A stretch of DNA of 35,862 bases. It comes from Altererythrobacter xiamenensis. GTDB taxonomy: Bacteria; Pseudomonadota; Alphaproteobacteria; Sphingomonadales; Sphingomonadaceae. A program made the translations under genes and the position numbers. The notes under the pieces were generated by a model. It had not been told where the DNA came from, ran no database searches, and saw only the letters and a list, made by a program, of their open reading frames with translations. This document shows positions 18,990 to 26,754 of this stretch, one piece after another. Each line of letters opens with the position of its first letter. Position 1 is the stretch's first letter. The DNA is taken from assembly GCA_945906905.1 (NCBI GenBank), contig CAMDSM010000001.1:1-35862 (forward strand). The letters are read 5' to 3'.

Positions 18990-19574
18990 ATGAGCCAGCA
19001 CAGATTCCATGGACGCTATTCCACCCACGAACGCACATGCGATGCGCCGGGCTGCGTTGAGGCGGGGGAATTTCGCGCGCCGGGTCAGCACCGCCATGGC
19101 TCGGACGGGCCGGGGGAGTGGCGCTGGTTCTGCCTCGATCATGTCCGCGACTTCAATTCTGGCTACAACTTCTTCGCCGGGATGAGCACTGACCAGATCA
19201 TGCAAGCCCAATCCCCGATCGCCGGATGGCAGACCGAAACCCGCGCTTTCCGCCCCACCGCCGGGATCGACGGTGTGCCACGGTGGGCCGATTTCACCGA
19301 TCCGCTCGATGCCATCGGTGCGCGGGCCGCCGCGATCCGCCGCACTGCCGCTGGCCGGGCCGAGATGATCCGCTTCACCCCACCCGAACGTGCGGCGCTG
19401 GAGGTGATGGGGCTGGGCGCGGAAACTGACCGCCATGGCCTGCGCCGCCGCTATTCCGAACTGGTGCGCCGCTACCACCCCGATCGCAACGGAGGAGATC
19501 GCCGCCATGAGGAGCGATTGCAAAGCGTAGTCGAAGCCTATCAGCTACTCAGGAAGGCTGCGGCCTTCCGCTAG
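18990..19574 (+). CDS. J-domain (DnaJ-like) protein with N-terminal Cys motif and C-terminal J-domain
   Basis: C..PGC..AGEFRAP, WFCLDHVR.FN.GYNFF, RYHPDRNGG. The bolA/cobS neighbourhood is typical for this family. Confidence 0.9.
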   Translation: MSQHRFHGRYSTHERTCDAPGCVEAGEFRAPGQHRHGSDGPGEWRWFCLDHVRDFNSGYNFFAGMSTDQIMQAQSPIAGWQTETRAFRPTAGIDGVPRWADFTDPLDAIGARAAAIRRTAAGRAEMIRFTPPERAALEVMGLGAETDRHGLRRRYSELVRRYHPDRNGGDRRHEERLQSVVEAYQLLRKAAAFR

Positions 19575-19997
19575 CTCCACCAACTGATCGGCGCAGGCGC
19601 CCCAGCCAGCCTCGAAACCCATTTCCAGGTGCCGCTGCGCATCCGCTTCGGACCAATGGCGGGCGCGGGCGGTGTAGCGGGTGCCATCGCCCTCAGGCGC
19701 GATTTCCCAGATGCCGATCATGAACGGCGTGGCTGGTTGGCAATCACCCACAATCGCATCGGTGACCGCAAAACGCCGCCCTTCATCGTAGGCGAGATAG
19801 GTGCCCTTTTGCGGATGGACCTCACCATCGGGGCCATACATGGTCATATCGCAGCGCCCACCTGCGCGCGGATCGCGAAAATCATACACCGCACGCCACG
19901 GACGCGGGCACCACCACTCCTCCTGCCGATTGGCGAGCACGTCCCACACTTCTTCTGGTGGGGCGGCGATGAATCGGGTTACAATGAGTTCGTTCAT
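19545..19997 (-). CDS. SRPBCC/AHSA1-domain protein
   Basis: L.VTR.IAAPPE.VW, WW.P, GG…TM.GPDG, H.EMGF..GW. Confidence 0.88.
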   Translation of the reverse strand: MNELIVTRFIAAPPEEVWDVLANRQEEWWCPRPWRAVYDFRDPRAGGRCDMTMYGPDGEVHPQKGTYLAYDEGRRFAVTDAIVGDCQPATPFMIGIWEIAPEGDGTRYTARARHWSEADAQRHLEMGFEAGWGACADQLVELAEGRSLPE

Positions 19998-20001
19998 ATC
20001 G

Positions 20002-20784
20002 TCAGGGCCTTCCTACCAGCGCGAAAGCGGCGCCTTGCGGGTCGGTGGCCATAACCGTCCAGTCGCCGCCGGGCACCTCGTGCAATTCGTGCGTCACCGT
20101 GCCGCCATGCGCCGGGATGGCGGCGGTGGCGGCATGGATATCGGGGACGCGGAAATAGAACGTCCAGCCGGGCGATCCGCCGTCGGCAGAGCGATATATC
20201 CCGCCGATAGGCACGCCGTTATGGCCGATGAAGTGATACTGGCCCAGCGGCCCCATATCCATCGCGCTCGGGCTCTCCCAGCCTAGCAGGCCAGTGTAGA
20301 AGCCCAGCGCGGCCTCGGCGTCGGGACAGGCCAGCTCGTTCCAGCCGCAACGATGGGTGGCGGTTTCGGAAAAGACATCGCTCACCGCGTCGGGCTGGCC
20401 GGGGGGCGGGGTCGGGTCCATCAGATAGAACGGCGCGCCGAAGGGGTCGCTGACCATGGCCATGCGTCCGGCGGGTAATTCTTGCTCGGGCATCAGCACG
20501 CTGCCGCCAGCGGCGATAACCTGTGCGATCGAAGCGGCAACATCGGGCGTTTCGACATAGCCAATCCACAAGGGCCGCGCGCCGTGATCGAGCATGGCCG
20601 GCGTCAATTGCAGCACACCCCCGGCATTGCCGCCATCGGGCCGCCCGATCATCCGGTAGTTTGCCCCAGTGGGCATGTCGTGTCCGATGCCGGGGATGGT
20701 CCAGCCGACCACCGCGCCATAGAAGGCAGCGGCGCCCAGTGGGTCGGGCGTCATCAGCTCATACCAGATGAATTGTCCGGCCAT
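20002..20784 (-). CDS. Two-domain VOC (glyoxalase/bleomycin resistance) protein
   Basis: FIWYELMTPD…AFY..V.GW, second domain GWNEL…FY..LLGW, DPQGA.F. Confidence 0.9.
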   Translation of the reverse strand: MAGQFIWYELMTPDPLGAAAFYGAVVGWTIPGIGHDMPTGANYRMIGRPDGGNAGGVLQLTPAMLDHGARPLWIGYVETPDVAASIAQVIAAGGSVLMPEQELPAGRMAMVSDPFGAPFYLMDPTPPPGQPDAVSDVFSETATHRCGWNELACPDAEAALGFYTGLLGWESPSAMDMGPLGQYHFIGHNGVPIGGIYRSADGGSPGWTFYFRVPDIHAATAAIPAHGGTVTHELHEVPGGDWTVMATDPQGAAFALVGRP

Positions 20785-20786
20785 GC

Positions 20787-21143
20787 TCAGGCATCCTGCC
20801 ACAGGATTGGATCGAACCCGCCGACGATCATGCGCTTGCCATCGAACGGCATAGGCTCGGTGAAGGCTGCCATCCGTTCGTCCGTCATCATCTTGTCATG
20901 GCTGGCATCGGCGGTGGCGCGATCGGGCCATAGCACCCAGGAAAAGACCACCTTCTCCCCCTCGGCCAAATTCACCGCGCGGCGGAAATCGGTTTGCGTG
21001 CCGTCCTTTACATCGGCCTCCCAGCACTCGAACTGTCCCAAAGCGCCGTGATCGCGGACGATTGGCCAGAAGGCTTCGGCGATGGCGCGATATTCCTCTT
21101 TCTTGCCTTCGGGCACGGGCAAAACAAAACCTTGCACATACAT
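20787..21143 (-). CDS. DUF1428 (YbaA-like) protein
   Basis: YVQGFVLPVP..K..EY, TDFRRAV, VVFSW..WPD, MPFDGKRMI.GGF. Confidence 0.9.
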   Translation of the reverse strand: MYVQGFVLPVPEGKKEEYRAIAEAFWPIVRDHGALGQFECWEADVKDGTQTDFRRAVNLAEGEKVVFSWVLWPDRATADASHDKMMTDERMAAFTEPMPFDGKRMIVGGFDPILWQDA

Positions 21144-21288
21144 GGCTGATGCTCCTCAATCAGGCGCGAGCTGTTGCTGGCGAGGGAACCGTTGTTCGCT
21201 GTGCAGTCCGAAAATCTGCACCTGTAGCCAGCTGCTCGCAGGTTGATTGTTGCAGCCAAAGGGCCACGCGTCTAGGCATCGCCTCGCT

Positions 21289-22272
21289 ATGAACGAAATG
21301 ACCAGCCAGAACGATCACTCGGGCACGCTGATGGCGGCGCCTGATACCGAAGTTGACGTGCGCCAGACCTTTGGCGTTGATATTGACATGAAGGTGCCCG
21401 CCTTCAGCCGGGCGGACGAGCGCGTGCCCGAGCTGGATGCGGGCTATGTCTTTGATCCTGATACCACTCTGGCGATACTGGCAGGCTTTGCCTTCAATCG
21501 CCGGGTGATGGTCCAGGGCTATCACGGCACGGGCAAATCGACCCATATCGAGCAGGTCGCCGCGCGCCTTAACTGGCCGTGCATCCGGATTAATCTCGAT
21601 GCGCACATCAGCCGGATCGACCTTGTCGGGCGCGATGCGATTGTGCTGCGCGATGGCTTGCAGGTGACCGAGTTCCGCGAAGGCCTGCTGCCGTGGGCCT
21701 TGCAGCACCCGGTGGCGCTGGTGTTTGACGAATACGATGCTGGCCGCCCCGATGTGATGTTCGTGATCCAGCGGGTGCTCGAACAATCGGGCAAGCTGAC
21801 GCTGCTCGATCAGAACCGGGTGATCCAGCCCAACCCGTGGTTCCGTCTGTTCTCCACCGCCAACACCGTGGGACTGGGTGATACCAGCGGGCTGTATCAT
21901 GGCACGCAGGCGATCAACCAGGGCCAGATGGACCGCTGGAACATCGTCACCACGCTCAACTATCTGCCTGCGGAGACCGAGCGGGCGATTGTCGGCGGCA
22001 AGACCGATCTTGATGCCAAGGTGGTGGCCGACATGATCCGCGTGGCCGACCTGACCCGCCAAGGCTTCATCAACGGCGATATCTCCACCGTGATGAGCCC
22101 GCGCACGGTGATCAGCTGGGCCGAAAACACCAAGATCTTCAACGACACCGGCTTCGCCTTCCGCCTGACCTTCCTCAACAAGTGCGACGAGGCCGAACGG
22201 ATGCTGGTGGCGGAGTATTATCAGCGGGTGTTCGGGGTGGAACTGCCTGAGAGTGTGGTGGGCAAGGCGTAG
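21289..22272 (+). CDS. cobS: Cobaltochelatase subunit CobS (AAA+ ATPase)
   Basis: Walker A GYHGTGKS, Walker [29 protein letters not shown]. Confidence 0.95.
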   Translation: MNEMTSQNDHSGTLMAAPDTEVDVRQTFGVDIDMKVPAFSRADERVPELDAGYVFDPDTTLAILAGFAFNRRVMVQGYHGTGKSTHIEQVAARLNWPCIRINLDAHISRIDLVGRDAIVLRDGLQVTEFREGLLPWALQHPVALVFDEYDAGRPDVMFVIQRVLEQSGKLTLLDQNRVIQPNPWFRLFSTANTVGLGDTSGLYHGTQAINQGQMDRWNIVTTLNYLPAETERAIVGGKTDLDAKVVADMIRVADLTRQGFINGDISTVMSPRTVISWAENTKIFNDTGFAFRLTFLNKCDEAERMLVAEYYQRVFGVELPESVVGKA

Positions 22273-22318
22273 AACCGCCCCCGGTCCTGCCTGAGTCAAC
22301 TCTTCGTCGAACGAACAC

Positions 22319-22363
22319 TTGCCCCGCGCGCCCGCGTGTGTAGCGCAGTGCTTTCAATTGAAA
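22319..22363 (+). promoter_or_regulatory. Putative promoter and palindromic operator upstream of the M28 peptidase
   Basis: TTGCCC…TAGCGC followed by the perfect palindrome TTTCAATTGAAA (22352-22363). Confidence 0.45.
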
Positions 22364-22379
22364 CCGGGACTCGCACCAC

Positions 22380-24005
22380 ATGAATCGCACGATTGCTCTG
22401 CTGGGCACTGCCCTTGGCCTTGTCCTGTCGACGCCTGCACTGGCGCATGAGGCCGAGGTCAGCCGGGCCACGCTTGAACGCGATGTCACCATCCTTTCCC
22501 ATGACAACATGGAAGGCCGCGAGGCCGGGACGCGCGGGCATGAGCGGGCAGCGGGCTATGTCGCCGGGCGCATGGCCGCGATCGGGCTGGAGCCTGCGGG
22601 CGATGACGGGACTTATTTCCAGAACGTCCCGATGCTGCGCTATCAGCCGACCGAAACGGGCAACACGCTGACGATCACCGGTCCCGATGGCCCGATGACG
22701 CTGACGGCCGAGGTTGACTATTATGCCGCCGGGCTGGGCGCGCAGCAGAGCGGCACTATCGAGGGTGAGCTGGTGTTTATCGGCTATGGCCTGCAGATCG
22801 AGGGGCGCGATGATTTTGCCGGGATTGATCTTGCCGGCAAGATCGCCGTGCGCGTCTATGGCGGGCCAACGGGTGATGAAACGCTCGATTCAGAGGTTCT
22901 GGCGCATTACAACAATTCGCTGCGCCAACGCCTGTCGGACCGCGGTGCCATCGCCACGCTGACGATCCGCACGCCCAAGCTGGAGGAATCGCAGAGCTGG
23001 GAAGCAACCGTCGCCAGCGTCAGTCAGGACAGTTCGATGACCTGGCTCGATGCGGCCGGCAATCCGCACACCGAAACGCCCAATTTGCAGGCGATCACGG
23101 GCCTTGCCCCCGATGCCGCCCGTGCAGTGATGGCGGGGCTGGATTTTGACTATGACGATGTGGTGGCCGCCGAAGCCACGCCCGAAGCGCTGATGCCCAG
23201 CTTTGCCATGGGCCGGACCGGGCGGATCGAATTTTCCAGCACTTTTGATCGCGTCGACACGCCCAATGTTGTGGCCATGTTGCCGGGCAGCGATCCTTCG
23301 ATGGCCGATCAGTATATCGTCATCACCGGCCACCTCGATCACGAAGGCGTGCAGCCGACGCCCGAAGTCGGCGATGACGAGATATACAACGGCGCGATGG
23401 ACAATGCCGTGGGCATTGCCGCAATGCTGGAAGTGGCGCGGCTGCTGGCCGATCACCCGGTGCGCCGCCCGGTGCTGTTCGTGGCTCTGACCGCCGAGGA
23501 AAAGGGGCTGGTCGGTTCAAGTTATAACGCCGCCAATCCCACCGTTCCGGCCGACCAGGTGGTGGCCAATCTCAACGTCGACATGCCGATCATGACCTAT
23601 GCCTTCAGCGATATTGTGCCCTTTGGTGCGGCGCGCTCGAACATGTATCCCTATGTCGCGGCGGCGGTGGCCGAAGCCGGGCTGACGCTGAGCGGCGATC
23701 CCATGCCTGAACAGGGCGTGTTCACCCGCTCTGACCAGTATTCCTACGTCCGCAACGGCATTCCAGTGGTCTATCTCGAAATCGGCCACGGCAATGGCGG
23801 GCAGGCGCCGCAAGAGGATTTCCTGACTAACCATTATCACGAGTCGTCGGACGAGGTGGAACTGGTCGATTTCGCCGCGCTCACCCGTTTCGTGGCGGTC
23901 GACTATGCAGTGGTCCGCAATATCGCCAATATGGCCGAGCGGCCGGCCTGGAACGAGGGTGACTTTTTCGGTGACCTGTTTGCCCGGCCCCCGGCAGGCG
24001 AATAA
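22380..24005 (+). CDS. Secreted M28-family metallopeptidase with PA domain
   Basis: Signal peptide, EGREAGT.G, GHLDH, NGAMDNA.G, TAEEKGL.GS, N.DM, RSDQY, YH..SD. Confidence 0.92.
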   Translation: MNRTIALLGTALGLVLSTPALAHEAEVSRATLERDVTILSHDNMEGREAGTRGHERAAGYVAGRMAAIGLEPAGDDGTYFQNVPMLRYQPTETGNTLTITGPDGPMTLTAEVDYYAAGLGAQQSGTIEGELVFIGYGLQIEGRDDFAGIDLAGKIAVRVYGGPTGDETLDSEVLAHYNNSLRQRLSDRGAIATLTIRTPKLEESQSWEATVASVSQDSSMTWLDAAGNPHTETPNLQAITGLAPDAARAVMAGLDFDYDDVVAAEATPEALMPSFAMGRTGRIEFSSTFDRVDTPNVVAMLPGSDPSMADQYIVITGHLDHEGVQPTPEVGDDEIYNGAMDNAVGIAAMLEVARLLADHPVRRPVLFVALTAEEKGLVGSSYNAANPTVPADQVVANLNVDMPIMTYAFSDIVPFGAARSNMYPYVAAAVAEAGLTLSGDPMPEQGVFTRSDQYSYVRNGIPVVYLEIGHGNGGQAPQEDFLTNHYHESSDEVELVDFAALTRFVAVDYAVVRNIANMAERPAWNEGDFFGDLFARPPAGE

Positions 24006-24028
24006 AGGGCCTGCGGCAGGCGAATAAA
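23992..24028 (+). repeat. 15-bp direct repeat duplicating the 3' end of the peptidase gene
   Basis: cggcaggcgaataaa at 23992-24006 and 24014-24028. Confidence 0.85.
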
Positions 24029-24133
24029 ATCACGGTAAAGATGGCGTAAAGGCAGTCTGCTAGGGTTTGGTTTCATTCAAGGCGCGAGAAGGGGCGGTGG
24101 CCGATCCGGTCGCCTCTTATCAGGATTACAACA

Positions 24134-24436
24134 ATGGCCTCTTGGCGCTTTGGTGACCTTCCCCACAAGTTGCTTGCCACCTGCCGCTTCGGTGCCGGAT
24201 CGACCGCCGAATTGCAGGTGCTCGACCTGTCACCCGGCGGTTGCATGGTTCACCGCAAGCGCTGCAATGCCGAACAAGGCGCGCGCGTTCTGGTCAAGCT
24301 GCCGGGCCTTGGCTTCCAGCCCGCCAATGTGGCGTGGGTGGAAGATGAGAACGCTGGGATTGCCTTCGATCAGCCGCTGCATGAAGCCGTTCTGGCGCAT
24401 CTGTGGCAGTCACTGGCCAGCGCCAAGGCGGCTTGA
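24134..24436 (+). CDS. Stand-alone PilZ-like protein (degenerate)
   Basis: VLDLSPGGC, A.V.WV….AGI.F..PLH..V. Confidence 0.8.
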   Translation: MASWRFGDLPHKLLATCRFGAGSTAELQVLDLSPGGCMVHRKRCNAEQGARVLVKLPGLGFQPANVAWVEDENAGIAFDQPLHEAVLAHLWQSLASAKAA

Positions 24437-24440
24437 CGCC

Positions 24441-25424
24441 CTAGCGGACGCCGTTGGCCAGCATGTCCAGCCTGTAGATCGTCATCGCAATATTGCGCAC
24501 GCCTTCCGGGGTGGCCCAGGCCACGCCTGCGGGGGTGGTTGCGCCCAATGCGCCGACATAGAGCACGTTGCGTTCCGGCCCGGCGAACGACAGCGTGATG
24601 GCGCGGCGCGGGGCCGGGATTACGCCAAGGTCAGTGCCATCGGGCGCGAACACATAGACGCCCGCATCGCCGGTGACATAAAGCCGCCCCTGATTGTCCA
24701 CCTCCAGCCCGTCACCGCCAAATCCCTGCGTATCGCGTGACAAAGTGGCGAACACGCGCTGGTTGCTCGTGGTCAGGTCCGGCGCAACATCCAGCGCGAT
24801 GATGCTGGTGCGATCGGTGACATACAGCGTGCGCCCGTCGGGGCTGGCGACCACGCCGTTTGAAAACACCGTGACATCTGCGGTGAGAGTGACTGTGCCA
24901 TCGCTGGCGGCGTGATACAGTTCGCCTTGCGTGAACCATGCGCCGCCCTGGCCATCGGCGTGGAGATCATTCAGGCGGCCAAGCGAAGATCCATCGGCAA
25001 AGTGATCGGCCACCACCCGGCGGGTTGCGCCCAGTTCAACCACGCGGCTCGGGCGGTCACAGGTGAGGTTGGTGAGGCCGGGATCGCTGCAGCCGCGCTC
25101 GACCGTGAAAATGCGGCCCGCGCCATCAACCGCCACCGCTCCTGCACCCAGCACGAAAGGATATTCGGCAAATGATCGGCCATCGGGCCACAGCTTCCAG
25201 ATCGCATTGCTCTGCTCCTGCGCGAACAGCAGCAGGCCATCGGGCGAAGTCGCCATGCCATCGGCAGCCATCGGGCCGGACCACACTTGCTGCCATTCCT
25301 GATCGCCCGAAACGACGCCTGCGATACCGGGCACATCGGCGGCCACTTCGCCCGGTTGCAAGGTTTGCGCGGCGGCGGGACTTGCCAAGATGAGGGCAGA
25401 AAGTGCGATCAGGGTGGTTTTCAT
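24441..25424 (-). CDS. Secreted SMP-30/gluconolactonase/LRE beta-propeller
   Basis: Signal peptide, RLNDL..DG.GG.WFT, NGV..SPDG.TLYV.D, DGL.VD..G.LYV, FAG.ERN.LYV. Confidence 0.87.
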   Translation of the reverse strand: MKTTLIALSALILASPAAAQTLQPGEVAADVPGIAGVVSGDQEWQQVWSGPMAADGMATSPDGLLLFAQEQSNAIWKLWPDGRSFAEYPFVLGAGAVAVDGAGRIFTVERGCSDPGLTNLTCDRPSRVVELGATRRVVADHFADGSSLGRLNDLHADGQGGAWFTQGELYHAASDGTVTLTADVTVFSNGVVASPDGRTLYVTDRTSIIALDVAPDLTTSNQRVFATLSRDTQGFGGDGLEVDNQGRLYVTGDAGVYVFAPDGTDLGVIPAPRRAITLSFAGPERNVLYVGALGATTPAGVAWATPEGVRNIAMTIYRLDMLANGVR

Positions 25425-25428
25425 GGGG

Positions 25429-26223
25429 CTACTCCACAGGTGCCAGTTCGATGGTGTTGAGGCCGTCCTCGTTACCAGTGCGGTCGTTGTCCCAGTCGAG
25501 CACGATCATCCGGTCAAATCCCGGATCGCGAACCCAGCTGACCGAAACGGTCCACGGCCCGGTCAGGGTGACGGGATCGGTGACGGTCACTTCGGACACC
25601 AGCCGTTCGCCATCCAGCCGGATGCGTTCGACATAGCGGGCTTCTTCGGAGAACGGCGGGGCGCCGTGGAAGAAGTCGGCCGGATTGTTCACCATCACGG
25701 TTTCCATCACCAGCGTGTCGCCTTCCCAATGGCCAACCGAAGTGCCGTAGGTGGTGGGCCACATGTCAAACTCATCCGGCATGGCGCGGCCATCGGTGTA
25801 GATATAGCGCGCCTCGGCATAGGCGTTGATGATGATGGTTTCTTCCGGCGTGATCAGGAAACGCAAGGGCGTGCCCGAATTCATCATCATCGGATAACCC
25901 CAGCCGGTGGCCTTGCGCCCGCCGGATATCTCGCGCACGTGCGCCACGCGGCGCTGGCCCTCCTCGTTCCACGGTGCCGTTTCGCCGCGCAGGGCCATGA
26001 CATTGGCAAAGTTGGTGACAGCGGGGTTGGCCCCCGAGAATACCGGGGCGAGGCCGGAGATCGTGGTCCCGGCCTGAAATTCCGATACCCAATAGCCCGG
26101 CCAATAGGGGAGCGCGACAAAGGCTTCGTTGCGGGTATCGATCTCGTCATGATGTTCGGCCAGCGCCGGTGTGCCAAGGGCGGCGAGCGAAAAGGTGGCA
26201 GCCGCCAGCGCCCACGGCCTCAC
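25429..26223 (-). CDS. Secreted hypothetical protein (DUF6152 partner)
   Basis: GTG start overlaps the upstream stop (GTGA). Signal peptide, then R.IYTDGR..P, G.SVGHWEGDTLV.ET, ER..L, DP..LT.PW motifs. Confidence 0.75.
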   Translation of the reverse strand: MRPWALAAATFSLAALGTPALAEHHDEIDTRNEAFVALPYWPGYWVSEFQAGTTISGLAPVFSGANPAVTNFANVMALRGETAPWNEEGQRRVAHVREISGGRKATGWGYPMMMNSGTPLRFLITPEETIIINAYAEARYIYTDGRAMPDEFDMWPTTYGTSVGHWEGDTLVMETVMVNNPADFFHGAPPFSEEARYVERIRLDGERLVSEVTVTDPVTLTGPWTVSVSWVRDPGFDRMIVLDWDNDRTGNEDGLNTIELAPVE

Positions 26224-26606
26224 TGGTTGGTTCCGATCGGAGTGCCGTTGGCATCGTTGACATCGATCACCACGCCGCCCGGCTCGCCGCTGCGCAAAGG
26301 ATTGATGATCGCCGATACCTGCATCCCGGCCCGCAAGGTGCGTGGACGCCAGCCGCGGGCGTAGAGATACATCGGTGCGCCCATCTCCAGGCTGTATTCC
26401 ACCGCGCGCCCGGCGCTGTTGGTGGTGCTCAGCTGGATATAGGCGTGCGGATTGCTCCACTGAAACTCGCGCACTGTGCCGCTGACGGTGACAGTGCGGG
26501 TGCGATCAAACATGGCGAAGGAATGGTGCGCGGTGGCGGCTGGCGCCATCAGGGCGGTGCACACGGCGGTAAACCCCAGCAAGGCTGCGGCGAAAGCTCT
26601 TCTCAT
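26220..26606 (-). CDS. DUF6152-like secreted protein
   Basis: Signal peptide then AHHSFAMFD, V.GTV.EF.W.NPH..I, GW…L.G..V…P.R.G. GGAGAGG RBS. Confidence 0.82.
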   Translation of the reverse strand: MRRAFAAALLGFTAVCTALMAPAATAHHSFAMFDRTRTVTVSGTVREFQWSNPHAYIQLSTTNSAGRAVEYSLEMGAPMYLYARGWRPRTLRAGMQVSAIINPLRSGEPGGVVIDVNDANGTPIGTNQ

Positions 26607-26754
26607 TAACCTCTCCATCGGCCTTATGGCTCTGTTCATCAGCAACATGACACGTAAGCTGTGCGGCGTCATCAGCGCAAATTGGTTTTACCCATGCTGA
26701 ACGGGGTCAAAAAGGGGTCTACCCACAACTGTATTAATGCGATAACACACAACA

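Noticed and set aside
21185-21198. GAAC-N4-GTTC palindrome
   Set aside because: This is the Firmicutes/Actinobacteria LexA motif, not the alphaproteobacterial one, so it is likely chance here.
26224-26460. N-terminal extension of the 343-aa ORF
   Set aside because: Overlaps the DUF6152-like gene; the signal peptide begins at GTG 26223.
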